The notes beneath the pieces are model-generated. The model worked only from the letters and a program-made list of their open reading frames with translations. It did no database searches and was not told the origin of the DNA. A stretch of DNA of 64,000 nt from a virus, in IMG/VR virus record IMGVR_UViG_3300010151_000008, positions 28,747 through 92,746 of that record; one strand, given 5' to 3'. Within the stretch, counting starts at the first letter, position 1, and every line of letters begins with the position of its first letter. This document shows positions 30,257 to 41,900 of this stretch, in pieces. A program made the translations under genes and the position numbers.

Positions 30257-32889
30257 CTGGTTTACTTGATAAGTTAATTATAGTTCAGCCGTCCTCGGTT
30301 GGAAGAAATTGGAAATATGTGGTCACCACTGGCCTTCGCCACCCATTCATTAAGACTGCCGCGCAGTGGCAGCTGCCCGATAAATTCTTGGCCTCTCTCG
30401 GAAAGTACTGGACCACAACCCTTACTGGAAAATTCGAAAGGATGGCTGCGCCAGGGCTCCGTTCTATGCAGTATTTTGATCCGGGCGCTACACTCGATAT
30501 CGAGGAAAATCCTGATTATGGAAATGTCCTTGATGTGGAGCGCATTGGTGACGGCTCCCCCAGCGCCTCGGGGCCCCCCTCTGGCCTCGCAGATTTTTTT
30601 GAGTGGGCTCGATACGAAATTACATATAATAACCAAATCTGGAATTTATATAATAGCTACTATGAAGCCGATCCCGACATGGTTGATCTACTCGACAAAA
30701 TTTTAGCCGGGGATCCGTTTTATATAGACTATCTCCAGAATGGGATCGTGTCCTCGCAGTTGCCGGGCGCTCCATCGTTGCTGCTTTGGAAAGGAGCCTC
30801 CGCTAGTCCCAACATTCCTGCGCTGGTGGACACCCAACCACAATATTCTCAAAGAATGTTTGAACTTAACCTTCCGGCCCAAAACGACATGAACGCTAGC
30901 GCGCTGAATGTTCAGGCAATTCCAATGTATAATTATTATGTAGGCGCAGATCGGGTGAATTCATATGAGTCAGCGGTTGCAGATCTTCCCGAATCCGTTA
31001 TTCCAAATTTCTATATGCTTCACTATAGTGTGGCGCCCTCCGGAGATATAATTCCTAGGTATCAAAATCAAATTACTTTTAATAGTAATGTGGGGTCTTT
31101 CGATGATCCGATAGAGGATAGGGGACAGTTTTTTTCTTCGTACGCTACGACCTTAAAAGCTCTTAAAACTGCGCGCGATGAAAACATAGTGCCGAAAGAT
31201 CACCCCGACTATGCACCAAGCGACTGGTCCGTCGCCGTCGACACCCTTCGAACGCTGGGATTCAATATTGGAATATATTCTGAAAATTTATCTATTTTGG
31301 AAGGTCTTTCAACAATACCTGCAGAAGAGCGCGTCGAGTCCTCTATTACTGATATGCCCATGTATGTAGACTTAAAGATCGATCACAACCAAAGTCTTGA
31401 TATAGTATACCCCGCCTCGGTCACGCCCCAGGCAACGGATCCGACTGTGGCCCAGCTTTTAACTGAGCAAGGTCTTTATGATATGGTACTGAGTATGATA
31501 GTACAGCAAGACGTAGCACGGACCGATTATCTAGAGTGCACCATGGCGATTGAAAGATCCACGAGGACCACAACTACCGAGGGGGAAATAATTACCGATC
31601 TTCCTACTCAAATAATAAATCAGTCCCTGCACCACAATATCTTCCCCTCCTGGCAAGGCGCCCTCATGGGCGGCGATTATTGGCTCTACAGCGGACTGGA
31701 CTTGGACAGCATGCTTGCCAATCCGTGGACCCTCGGGCCTTCGATCGGCAAAGGCACAAACCTAATTGATCCAGTTAATTTGGAAGCCCCGGGCATGTCT
31801 GTACCATCCGGTACCGGATCGATCACACAAGCCACCGTGAATGGTTCCTTTAACGATTTCTATTTTTCTTCCGCCAGCCCCCTGACGGCCGGCCAACTCT
31901 TTAATAGCCTTCGCAAAAGCGACATAGGAATTATGAATCTAGACTCCGGGTACTCAGAAACATTTATGTATAAAGTTGAAAAAAGAGTTGTTGAGTCGGG
32001 TGCTTTTATCCCGCTTGATCAATTAAATGATGCCGATGGCCCGAACGGCGCGCCCTTATACCCCGTGGTACAAACCTTTTATATAGCAGTAGATCCCGAT
32101 CAGGTAGAAAAGACTATAAGATATATTGACACTCAAGTTAAGTACGGGGTAGTATATCAATATAATTTTACACAAATTCGTTTTATTCTCTCGACCCTGT
32201 ACGACTACGACGATTTACAAGTTCAGACAGATTACGACGGCATGGGTCGCGCCCTCGGAAATGCCCTCGGATTTTATGTCGACGAGCAAATCGACAACCC
32301 CCCGGAAATAGATCAGTGGGACTATGTGCCGTGGGGCCAGGATACCCCGGTGGCCCTTGAGCAAGTGGGGCATCTTGTTTTGCCTTACTCGGATAATCAA
32401 GGCCCGGGCCCGAACGATCCAGATTTAAGCAATCACATGATACAACTTAAGCCTGGTTATGGTTTTAATAGTAATAACCTAGGCGGAGCCGTCACAACGG
32501 GGCCAGGTCTTAACCTCGCAGGCGCCAACGCGTCGGCCGCGGCAGACCTCTTCAAAGCCCGCGGCAATGAAGGTGTCGACCAGTTCGGGCCCGATCACTG
32601 GAAGACTGTCGAGCCCACGGAAAAACAAGAAGAAATGCTCAACCTCCTAGATAGGCTAGCCCCTGTCGGTGAGATGCATGGAGAAAAGTTACTGGAAGAA
32701 ATGTTGGCCGGCCCTCTTCGTGGCCCCGGCGGAGGATTCAATTTTGGAGACCTAAACCCTAGTGTCCACCTTAGCGAGACCGACGAGATGTATGGAGAAG
32801 CGATGTCGCCAGGAGAGGTTGCCGAGGGCGGCCCCTACGAAGAAAAGGACTGGGGTCGAAGCCCGCTGTTTGACGAGGGGATTATATAA
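30253..32889 (+). CDS. Hypothetical virion protein with Fn3-like segment
   Basis: 878 aa; YIDTQVKYGVVYQY motif; acidic Gly-rich tail. Confidence 0.65.
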   Translation: MTGLLDKLIIVQPSSVGRNWKYVVTTGLRHPFIKTAAQWQLPDKFLASLGKYWTTTLTGKFERMAAPGLRSMQYFDPGATLDIEENPDYGNVLDVERIGDGSPSASGPPSGLADFFEWARYEITYNNQIWNLYNSYYEADPDMVDLLDKILAGDPFYIDYLQNGIVSSQLPGAPSLLLWKGASASPNIPALVDTQPQYSQRMFELNLPAQNDMNASALNVQAIPMYNYYVGADRVNSYESAVADLPESVIPNFYMLHYSVAPSGDIIPRYQNQITFNSNVGSFDDPIEDRGQFFSSYATTLKALKTARDENIVPKDHPDYAPSDWSVAVDTLRTLGFNIGIYSENLSILEGLSTIPAEERVESSITDMPMYVDLKIDHNQSLDIVYPASVTPQATDPTVAQLLTEQGLYDMVLSMIVQQDVARTDYLECTMAIERSTRTTTTEGEIITDLPTQIINQSLHHNIFPSWQGALMGGDYWLYSGLDLDSMLANPWTLGPSIGKGTNLIDPVNLEAPGMSVPSGTGSITQATVNGSFNDFYFSSASPLTAGQLFNSLRKSDIGIMNLDSGYSETFMYKVEKRVVESGAFIPLDQLNDADGPNGAPLYPVVQTFYIAVDPDQVEKTIRYIDTQVKYGVVYQYNFTQIRFILSTLYDYDDLQVQTDYDGMGRALGNALGFYVDEQIDNPPEIDQWDYVPWGQDTPVALEQVGHLVLPYSDNQGPGPNDPDLSNHMIQLKPGYGFNSNNLGGAVTTGPGLNLAGANASAAADLFKARGNEGVDQFGPDHWKTVEPTEKQEEMLNLLDRLAPVGEMHGEKLLEEMLAGPLRGPGGGFNFGDLNPSVHLSETDEMYGEAMSPGEVAEGGPYEEKDWGRSPLFDEGII

Positions 32890-34196
32890 TGTCCGGCTTT
32901 TCAAACGGCTTCTACGGCTCCTCGCCTCAACCCGGCCTCGACGGCCTCGACCGCCCCACGGGACCTTCTTTAAATTGGTGGTTTGATATCGATGAGTATG
33001 ACGAGGATATGAACTTTTTGCGCACTGTGTCTATCCCCCTCAACTTCGTTGTAAACGAAACCCTCAGCGTTCAAGAATTTCTAAGTATAGTCCAGAACAC
33101 TTTTGATGCCCATGCACTCCCCATTATCTCGGGCCGTCGCCAATATATGATTACTGCTATAGCGGGACAACCGGCCAGCACCAACGCGGCGGTCCGCTTC
33201 AAAAACCGCGACACCACCATTCAATATAGAATCTGGAACGAGGATGAATTACCTTTTCAACTAAGATTTATGACAGGCCCTCATGGCTCCGTACCCGGGG
33301 GCGCCCCGGATAATGCTCGTGTTGATATGCAATCAGGTTATTGGCCTGAAATAATGCAGACTCCCTATTATGCCACCCAGGCGGTAGTAATGGACCGCCC
33401 TCCTGTATCACCTCAGGTGAATATAGTTCCCTTTAAAAATATTAATAATCGGGTATTGATTATGTTGAATAGTTCTACTGGCGAGGTTGCAGAAAAGCCA
33501 TTCCCCATAGAAGACAGCGACCTGGAAGATATTAGGTTACAGTTTTTGGCCCAAGGATTGTTACCCAACAACACTGTGGCCACCAACGAACAAATAATTC
33601 AAATGGCACTTGATTCCGATTTAACATTTCGTAGTGATGACCCTTCTTACCGATATGAAATATACCGGACTAGGGAAGCTCCCATGAGTTATCAAGATTT
33701 CAAAGGAAAAAGAAGGGCCGATATTATAGAACATCTCGGAACTGTCGGCGGCAATCGATATGCTACCTACGCCACCTATCTAGAGGACCTCGTGCCCAAT
33801 ACCAAATATTATTATTGTTTTAGGGTTATAGACGTTCACGGGCACGTTTCCAATCCCACTGTCCCCTATGAGGTGGAAATGGTCGATAATTCGGGTCAAG
33901 TATATTTACTGTATAAAGAATACTATTTTCCAGCAGAGCAAAATCAAAACTTTAGTAAAAATGGTAGACAATATCTTTATATTGCTCCCACGTGGACGCA
34001 ATCACGTTTTGATGATGCCAACACATCGATAGAGACGGTGGGTATCGATGAGGTCCCTCCTCCAAATGTGCTGGGTACTTCCGAAACTGATTCAGTTTGG
34101 AACAAAGTATTTAAGGTTCGCCTTACCAGTAAGAAGACGGGGAAGAAGATAGATCTTAATTTAACATTTAAAAACACAGGAGTAGTTAATCCTTAG
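32889..34196 (+). CDS. Hypothetical virion protein with Fn3-like segment
   Basis: YLEDLVPNTKYYYCFRVIDVHGHVSNP; TAATG-coupled to the upstream gene. Confidence 0.65.
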   Translation: MSGFSNGFYGSSPQPGLDGLDRPTGPSLNWWFDIDEYDEDMNFLRTVSIPLNFVVNETLSVQEFLSIVQNTFDAHALPIISGRRQYMITAIAGQPASTNAAVRFKNRDTTIQYRIWNEDELPFQLRFMTGPHGSVPGGAPDNARVDMQSGYWPEIMQTPYYATQAVVMDRPPVSPQVNIVPFKNINNRVLIMLNSSTGEVAEKPFPIEDSDLEDIRLQFLAQGLLPNNTVATNEQIIQMALDSDLTFRSDDPSYRYEIYRTREAPMSYQDFKGKRRADIIEHLGTVGGNRYATYATYLEDLVPNTKYYYCFRVIDVHGHVSNPTVPYEVEMVDNSGQVYLLYKEYYFPAEQNQNFSKNGRQYLYIAPTWTQSRFDDANTSIETVGIDEVPPPNVLGTSETDSVWNKVFKVRLTSKKTGKKIDLNLTFKNTGVVNP

Positions 34197-34217
34197 GGCA
34201 TGATATTGATTTAATTA

Positions 34218-34224
34218 CTATTTA
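34218..34224 (+). promoter_or_regulatory. Putative late promoter motif CTATTTA
   Basis: Intergenic, upstream of 34245. Confidence 0.6.
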
Positions 34225-34244
34225 TAGAGAGAGAGGTTGATTTT

Positions 34245-35207
34245 ATGGCATTTTTAGACAATTCAGGAGATATTATATTGGACGCGGTTTTAACAGACAC
34301 GGGTCGAATGCGTCTTGCTCGCGGCGATGGAAGTTTCCGAATCGCAAAATTTGCATTAGGAGATGACGAAATAGATTATGGTTTATTTGATAAACTTAAC
34401 GTCAACGGGTCAGAATACTATGACCTTCAGTGCTTACAAACTCCAGTTCTAGAAGCGTTTACAAACAACACTTCTCTCCTCAATTCTAAATTAATTACAA
34501 TTAGCAACAACATGACATGGTATTTACCAATCATTAAGTTGTTTAATCAGGGTTCCTCAACGCTTTATAATGGCACACATTTTATTGTATTGGCTGATCA
34601 AACGACGGTAGATCAGATCACCCTTGCGGGGACAGTTCAGCTGGTGGCCGATGGAATACTCAATGGCGCCACCGTCGGCGGTTCTCAAATGCAAATCACA
34701 ACAGATCAAGGATTGGATACTGCCAATATTACACCAGATACTCCGCTGAATCCGGAGTTGGTGGAAACTGCCTATATTGTTGAAATGGATAATCGTCTAG
34801 GAAAACTATTTCCGGGCATCACTGGCCAGGGCACCAATCCGGCTGCAGCCTCGCTGAGTCCTCTTTCTTATTCTTTCATAGATGATGATTCTGTGGCTAG
34901 CTATTATATCTCAATGCGACGAGCTGGCCTTATAAGTACGATTGCGACCGGTCTCGGAATTAATTCATCGATTCTCGGGCCCCGCGGAACTAGGCTTTCG
35001 TTCAGAATAGGGTCTTCTTTAGAAAATAGATCGGGGTACTACTTGTTTGACACCTTTGGTAACGTGGGAACAACCACCATTACCAATGACACCGTCAACC
35101 TCGTCGCCGGGACATATAAATACATTGACTCAACCATACGTGTTTCGGGAGTATCTACTGGATATAGAATAGATATACCTGTAAGATACGTGAAATATAT
35201 ATTATAA
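34245..35207 (+). CDS. Baseplate/tail-collar-like structural protein
   Basis: LDAVLTDTGRMRLARG...FALGDDEIDY; late motif and GAGG upstream. Confidence 0.65.
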   Translation: MAFLDNSGDIILDAVLTDTGRMRLARGDGSFRIAKFALGDDEIDYGLFDKLNVNGSEYYDLQCLQTPVLEAFTNNTSLLNSKLITISNNMTWYLPIIKLFNQGSSTLYNGTHFIVLADQTTVDQITLAGTVQLVADGILNGATVGGSQMQITTDQGLDTANITPDTPLNPELVETAYIVEMDNRLGKLFPGITGQGTNPAAASLSPLSYSFIDDDSVASYYISMRRAGLISTIATGLGINSSILGPRGTRLSFRIGSSLENRSGYYLFDTFGNVGTTTITNDTVNLVAGTYKYIDSTIRVSGVSTGYRIDIPVRYVKYIL

Positions 35208-35220
35208 TAGGGTATAAAAG

Positions 35221-36255
35221 ATGGCAACGACATTTAAAACACTAACCAACAAAGACGTAGCTTCCAATTCGGACTTGCTCCATGAGGCTATCCCAATTAC
35301 GGGAACGATCGTTTCGGGAACCTACGAACCTGATCTAAACATTAAAAACTATGTACATGGGATGTTTCAGTCAGTATATGACTATCCTTATCTAAGTTCT
35401 TCAGCAAATCATATATTTGATATAACGGCTGGATTCTCTTCTAATTCGCTTCTTTCGGGATCCACGGCTTCCAGCGTGCAGCGCGCCAAAAAGATCAACA
35501 TGTACAACATGCTCGCACAGACACATGTTGGGTTTGGCGATAATGGGCAGATTTTAGAGTTTGATCAAGACGGAGATCTTACAGGTGGTGCTAAAATTAA
35601 AGAAGCCATCTTTGTAAATCTTACAAGGTTGATCACCAAAGACGAGATTAAGAAGGGTACCTTCCAGGCCACCTTCTTGGTGGGCGGCGACGTACATGCA
35701 CCCACCACTCCACTTACGGTATATGACGCCAGCGCGACGGAATACCTAGTTAACTCTCCGGTGGGAGAATATACTGTATTACACACAGCTTCCGGCGGAA
35801 CTGGAACGCCCGTTGGCTTACTATATTATCAAGCAAAACTCTTAGTGCTCACGGCGTCCATATTTGATGGAAACACACCGGATTATTTTGGCGATGGAGC
35901 CTCTAGTTACTCTACGATTACTGGTTCTCTTGTGTCGGCATCGATTTCTGGCAATTGCGATGGACTGCGCAACAGATTCCAAAATATGCAGTTTAATAAT
36001 ACTACGGAATTGAATTCTACAATCTATTTCTGTCGAGCGAACCACAATGAGTTCAATTTTAGTTCAAACCCAACTTATTTAAGCAGCAGTCAAATCGTGG
36101 TTAAATCTATTGCGCGAGAAAACCCCTGCTCCTTTATTACATCGGTCGGACTATATTCCCCGGATAATGAACTTCTAGCTGTTGCAAAACTTTCAGAGCC
36201 ACTCAAGAAGGATCCCGCTAACGAATTCACTTTGAGAGTGAGATTGGACTATTAA
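35221..36255 (+). CDS. Baseplate/tail-collar-like structural protein
   Basis: C-terminal NPTY...ITSVGLYSPDNELLAVAKLSEPLKK...RLDY. Confidence 0.65.
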   Translation: MATTFKTLTNKDVASNSDLLHEAIPITGTIVSGTYEPDLNIKNYVHGMFQSVYDYPYLSSSANHIFDITAGFSSNSLLSGSTASSVQRAKKINMYNMLAQTHVGFGDNGQILEFDQDGDLTGGAKIKEAIFVNLTRLITKDEIKKGTFQATFLVGGDVHAPTTPLTVYDASATEYLVNSPVGEYTVLHTASGGTGTPVGLLYYQAKLLVLTASIFDGNTPDYFGDGASSYSTITGSLVSASISGNCDGLRNRFQNMQFNNTTELNSTIYFCRANHNEFNFSSNPTYLSSSQIVVKSIARENPCSFITSVGLYSPDNELLAVAKLSEPLKKDPANEFTLRVRLDY

Positions 36256-36263
36256 GGGATGCA

Positions 36264-37535
36264 ATGGCAATCTATAAGTTTCAAGAAGATGATGTCTTCG
36301 TCAACACGGTTACAACTTATCCGCAAGTAGAATTTGTAATATATAGCGGAAGCGCTTATTACAACAATGAAGCGAACATTTCCGGCGCGAACATTTCGTC
36401 TATAAGACAGGTACCTCCGGGATATATTAATCTTTACGAATACAATGTTGATAGGGCTGGCTATAGTGGCGCAGATATAGGACAGGCCACAAATACGGGT
36501 CTGATCCACCCCTTCTTGGTTAAGAATGACACCAGGGTTGCTTTTAGAACCACAACAAATTTAGCATATAATAGCGCCTCTATCGGAGCGGTTATGGAGG
36601 GAGTCTACCCCCTATCGGCCACGATTACAAAAGAATTTTATCCAGCTGCTGTGGCGCGCCAAACCCCATCTAGTCAAGACCTCGTCGACCCGGAGTATTT
36701 TGTAACAGGGGACGTGACTCACCTGTATGCGCTGAAAAATACTTTAAATTATAATGCATATCTAAGTCCTCATTATGCTTATTCTTCTTCGTTGGGAGAT
36801 TTAGATACACAGGATGTTGGATTAATATCGATACCGTCTATTTTCTACGGATCGGAAATTAAAAAGGGCTCTGTAGATTTAAGATTTTATATCACGGGTA
36901 CCCTAGCGGGAAGGCTACAGGACAAGAACCGCAATGGGGAATTGATCGAAACGGTGGGCACATCGGAGGGTAGTGTGGCCGGCGTCGTACTGTATACCGA
37001 GGGGTTTGTGGTCCTAACTGGGAGCTGGAGCTTAAACAACGCAGTTACAGATAAATACATAGACGCGGCGATTTCCGATAACCCCAGGTGGGTTTATTTT
37101 GCGCAGTCTATTGCCTGCTCGACAGGCAATGGCAATTGTTCCGGGATTCCATCGCCTGTTCAATATCCAGCGGTGTCATCTTCGTTTGTAATGAATATGT
37201 CGGGCACGACTAAAGTACAGACTGTAACGATGTTTGCTACTGCTCCGAAGGGGCAATTAAATCATTCCAATAATCCGACCTATCTGTCCTTTACCACTGG
37301 AAGTTCAGCGCAGACGGGCTCTCTAGCTTACATAGAAAATCCCAAACGTTCTATTAAAAATATTGTAAAATCGATATATAATGATCCTGCAGGAACGTTT
37401 GAAAAGACGACTTATATTTCCAAGGTGGGGATTTATGATGATAATCAAAATTTGATTGCCGTGGCTAAGTTGGCAAATCCCGTGAAGAAGGTTCCAGGTA
37501 GAGACTTTACTTTTAAATTTAAATTGGATATTTAA
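36264..37535 (+). CDS. Baseplate/tail-collar-like structural protein, paralogue of 35221
   Basis: IKKGS; C-terminal NPTY...ISKVGIYDDNQNLIAVAKLANPVKK...KLDI. Confidence 0.65.
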   Translation: MAIYKFQEDDVFVNTVTTYPQVEFVIYSGSAYYNNEANISGANISSIRQVPPGYINLYEYNVDRAGYSGADIGQATNTGLIHPFLVKNDTRVAFRTTTNLAYNSASIGAVMEGVYPLSATITKEFYPAAVARQTPSSQDLVDPEYFVTGDVTHLYALKNTLNYNAYLSPHYAYSSSLGDLDTQDVGLISIPSIFYGSEIKKGSVDLRFYITGTLAGRLQDKNRNGELIETVGTSEGSVAGVVLYTEGFVVLTGSWSLNNAVTDKYIDAAISDNPRWVYFAQSIACSTGNGNCSGIPSPVQYPAVSSSFVMNMSGTTKVQTVTMFATAPKGQLNHSNNPTYLSFTTGSSAQTGSLAYIENPKRSIKNIVKSIYNDPAGTFEKTTYISKVGIYDDNQNLIAVAKLANPVKKVPGRDFTFKFKLDI

Positions 37536-38068
37536 TGTTTTTAGGGCTTGATGTTAGCACCAGCATAGTTGGTGTGACTTGTATAAATAAGAGCGGTGAT
37601 ATAATTTTTTGCGATCACTGTGATCTCCGGAAGAGCAAGGGGCTATTCGAAAAAGCAAAAGTATTAAAAAAGTTTCTCACTGACCGAAGATACTTGCAGG
37701 CCATAGTCCAAGAGATTTGGATTGAGCAGCCATTTACTTTTTTTAAAAGTGGGCGCTCGACTGCTAAAACAATGGCCACGTTGCAACGGTTTAACGGCAT
37801 GGCGTCGTTAATTGTTAGTGATGTATTTGGGATAGAGCCTGAATACGTTGGAGCTAACGAAGCACGCAAACTGGTTGGTATCAGGATGCCGCGAGGATCC
37901 AAAGCAAAAGAAGAAGTTTTAAAGTTTGTGCTTGACAAAGTACCCCAGTTTGATGTAGAATATACTAAGCATGGGAATCCTAAAGCCGGCTATGGCGATA
38001 GAGCCGATAGTCTTGTGGTTGCCATGGCTGGGTGTAATTTATGGAAGCAGAAAAACTTAGAATCTTAA
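37535..38068 (+). CDS. RuvC-like Holliday junction resolvase
   Basis: LGLDVSTSIVG, IEQP, DRADS acidic catalytic motifs. Confidence 0.8.
   Translation: MFLGLDVSTSIVGVTCINKSGDIIFCDHCDLRKSKGLFEKAKVLKKFLTDRRYLQAIVQEIWIEQPFTFFKSGRSTAKTMATLQRFNGMASLIVSDVFGIEPEYVGANEARKLVGIRMPRGSKAKEEVLKFVLDKVPQFDVEYTKHGNPKAGYGDRADSLVVAMAGCNLWKQKNLES
37932..37961 (+). promoter_or_regulatory. Sigma70-type promoter upstream of primase
   Basis: TTGACA (37932-37937), 18-nt spacer, TAGAAT (37956-37961), 80 nt before the primase ATG. Confidence 0.55.
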
Positions 38069-38967
38069 GAGAGATTCTCGGACCTAATCATAAGTCAAAT
38101 GAAGAGAGGCTATTTCGTTGTCCTTATTGCGAACATCATAAACCGAAGCTCTCAGTTAATATAGGGAAAAACGTTTATAAGTGCTGGGTGTGCGATACGC
38201 GCGGCCAAAACATTTATCATCTGGTAAGGAGATTCGGAGCCTACAAGCATCGGCAGGACTGGCTTCAATTTGAAGAGGAGGTAGATTATTCAGCCTTCGA
38301 AGAGTTATTTGGGAAGAGGGAGGAGCCCGATCAGGTCGTACCACTTCCAAAAGAATATATTTCTTTAGCCAATAAGAAGTTACCGCCCACTGGTTTTATG
38401 GCGAGGAAATACTTAAAAGAGAGGGGCATCACCAAAAAAGATATAATTTGGTGGAAGATTGGCTATTGCTCCTCTGGAGAATATGAAAATCGTATTATTA
38501 TTCCTTCGTTTAATGAAGGGGGAGATGTTAACTATTTTATTTCGCGCACCTATAATGGAAGTTATCCAAAATATAAAAATCCACCTGTCGATAGAGATGT
38601 GGTGTTTAATGATCTTTTTATTGATTGGACATCGAACATAGCTTTAGTGGAGGGTGTATTTGATGCCATTGTGGCAGGCAGCAATTCTATTCCTTTGTTG
38701 GGGTCTACTCTGCGGGTGGATTCTCAGCTATTCGAGAAAATAGTAAAGAACGACGCATCCGTGTATATTGCATTGGATCCGGACGCAGAAAAAAAATCAT
38801 TAGAAATTATTAAAAACTTCTTGACATATGACGTCGAGTTGTATAAAGTGGATATATATCCCTTCAAGGATGTTGGAGAAATGACAAGAGCTGAATTCCA
38901 AGAAAGAAAGAAGAATGCAGTTCGTATGAACTTCGATAAGCTCTTACAACATTCTATTTTAGCTTAA
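38041..38967 (+). CDS. DNA primase (Zn ribbon + TOPRIM)
   Basis: CPYC...CWVC, RIIIP, KYKNP, LVEGVFDA, LDPDA, KDVG. Confidence 0.9.
   Translation: MEAEKLRILREILGPNHKSNEERLFRCPYCEHHKPKLSVNIGKNVYKCWVCDTRGQNIYHLVRRFGAYKHRQDWLQFEEEVDYSAFEELFGKREEPDQVVPLPKEYISLANKKLPPTGFMARKYLKERGITKKDIIWWKIGYCSSGEYENRIIIPSFNEGGDVNYFISRTYNGSYPKYKNPPVDRDVVFNDLFIDWTSNIALVEGVFDAIVAGSNSIPLLGSTLRVDSQLFEKIVKNDASVYIALDPDAEKKSLEIIKNFLTYDVELYKVDIYPFKDVGEMTRAEFQERKKNAVRMNFDKLLQHSILA
38821..38849 (+). promoter_or_regulatory. Sigma70-type promoter upstream of the SbcCD fusion
   Basis: TTGACA (38821-38826), 17-nt spacer, TAAAGT (38844-38849). Confidence 0.45.
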
Positions 38968-38974
38968 AAAAAAT

Positions 38975-41900
38975 ATGTATAAAATCGCTCATTGTGCCGA
39001 CGTGCACATTAAAAACTTGAAATATCATTATGAATACCGCAAGGTATTTGAATCTATGTACGAAAGCCTTAGAGAGGAGGAGGTGGACTTTATCTATGTC
39101 GGCGGCGACATAGCGCACACCAAGACACAGATCTCACCAGAATTTGTAGAGCTGTGTTCCGAATTCTTATCTACGTTGGCAGACATTGCACCCACGTATG
39201 TAATCCTTGGCAACCACGATGGAAATCTTAGAAACTCTTCCAGACAAGATGCTATCACGCCCATTGTTAATGCTCTCGACCATCCGCACCTTCATCTGTT
39301 AAAAAACTCTGGTGAGGTAGAAATGGCGCCAGGTTTGGTGATGAATGTTTTGTCTGTGTTCGATGAGGAGAACTGGGTAAAGCCTACTGATTCAGACAAG
39401 ATTAATATTGCTGTCTATCATGGGTCTATTGCTGGGGTGAAAACAGACATTGGGTGGATTATGGATCATGGAGATCATGACGTCTCGATATTTGCAGACC
39501 ACGACTATGCAATGCTTGGGGATATCCATAAAACCAACCAAATTTTAGACACCGAAGGTCGCGTACGCTACTCAGGATCTATTGTCCAGCAAAACCACGG
39601 AGAGACCAACGACAAGGGGTTTTTGATTTGGGAAATCGAAAATAAGGACGTTTTCAAGGTAAAACATATAAAATTGCTCAACCCGCGCCCGTTTGTGACG
39701 ATTGAGCTGACTCCGAGGGGTAGGATGCCAAAAGGGACCCAAATCGCTCCAGGGGCGCGCCTGCGGCTCGTAAGCAACAATAACCTCCCTTTGAACGTTA
39801 TGAAGCGCGCTGTAGAGGTGGCCAAACACCGATTTAAGCCCGAAAGCATCACTTTTTTGAATAGAGCAGCTGGGGAAAGAGGCACTATAGATATAAATGG
39901 CCATGGCTTCTTTAAAGAGAATCTGCGAGACATATCTGTACAGGAAAAGTTAATGAGAGAATATCTCAAAGACTACGAGGCTTCCGATGAAATGATGGAG
40001 CGAGTCTTTGCCTTAAATCAGAAATATAATTCTATAGCCGAGGCTGCAGAAGACGTTGCGCGAAATGTTAATTGGAAACTGAACAGCTTTGAGTGGGACA
40101 ATCTTTTCAATTATGGAAAAAACAATAAGATAGATTTTGAGAAACTGAATGGGATTGTTGGCATCTTCGGGAAGAACTATTCCGGGAAGTCGAGCATCAT
40201 CGACGGTCTTCTTTATACTTTATTCAACACGACGTCTAAGAACGAGCGCAAGAATTTAAATGTAATTAACCAGAACAGAGATTCGTGTCGTGGCAAATTA
40301 ACGCTTCAAATAGGGGAGAAAGCCTATACCATTTCTCGCAAGTCAGAAAAATATATTAAGAGGCTAAAGGGGGAAGAGTCTTTAGAGGCAAAAACTGATT
40401 TAGACTTCGATTATTATGATCCCGTCGTGGATGAAACTCACAGCCTTAATGATACGTCTCGTATCAAGACAGACGCTGCCATTCGTAAGCACTTTGGCAC
40501 GATAGAAGATTTTCTGTTAACATCTATGGCGTCACAACTAGACTCTCTTTCTTTTATCAAAGAGGGTTCAACTCGTCGCAAAGAAATTTTAGCCAAGTTC
40601 TTAGATCTAGAAGTTTTTGAGAAAAAGTTTAGGCTAGCCAAAGAAGATAGTTCAGATTTAAAGGGGGTCTTACGCCGGATAGGGGACAAGAATTTCGAGG
40701 AAGAAGTGACCAGAGCTACGGAAGAAATTGAAGCTACGCAGATTGAGTTGGCTAATCACGAACGAGAGTGTGATGTGATGGTGGAAAAGATATCTCTGCT
40801 GGAGGTTGACCTTGCAACAGCTAACGAGGTGATGGAGTCTATCCCCAGCGGTATAATAGATATTCTAGATGCGCAGCAAAAAAAGATAACATTGACACAG
40901 AAGCTAGCAAACGCCAAAGAGACAAACAAGGTCAGAAAGAAGGGTATAGCAAAAACAAAAAGCCGCCTTACAAGATTGCGGCACTTCCTGGGTGAGTTTG
41001 ATATTGATGAGTTAGAACGTAAACAAGAGCAAGTAGAGATGAAACAAAAGCTTTTGGATGCGACAGTAAATAAGGCCAAGCTTCTTCAAAAGGATTTCAA
41101 TTCTAGAAATATCAAATTAAAACTTCTTGATGAAGTTCCGTGCGGCGACGGCTTTCCAATGTGTAAGTTTATACACGATGCGCACGAGGCTAAAAAGGGA
41201 ATCAGAAAGATACAAGAAGATGCCCTGTCACATGTCGACACGATTAAAAACTTAAGACAGAGTCTCGCGATTTTAGAACCCGCTGCAGTCTCCGAAAGCC
41301 GACGCAAGTATAATGATGTTTTGGCGGTGCGGACTAGAGAAGAACTCTCTCTTAAAGACGAACAGGTTCTCTACGAGAGGTCCAATGCGGAGATTCTTTC
41401 GTATGAGAATGACTTAGCTTCTTTGCAAAGCAAAATTGAAGAGTACGAGGAAAATCGAGACACAATAGAAAATTTCGAACACTTGACCAAGCAACGCCGG
41501 AGGATCATAGCTGAGGTAGAAGAAAGCAAGAAAGAGCACGCTGCTTGCAGAAAGCTTATACTCCAGCACTACAGCAAGAAGGGCTCTTTAGACCAAAAGC
41601 TGAAGAACTTGACCGAGCAGCAAAAGGAAATGAGAGACATACAGCAAGAGTATGCTGCTTACGATCTTTATCTGCAATGTATGCATTCTAACGGAATAGC
41701 ATATGATATAATCAAAAAGCAGTTACCAGCGATCAACAACGAGGTTGCCAAAGTTCTAGCCAACATAGTTTCGTTTGAAGTGTTTTTCGAGGACGACGGC
41801 GCTCGTCTTAATATTTTCATTAAGCATCCTAAGCACGATCCTCGCCCCATTGAAATGGGTTCCGGAGCTGAAAAAACAATTGCCGCCATGGCTATTCGTT

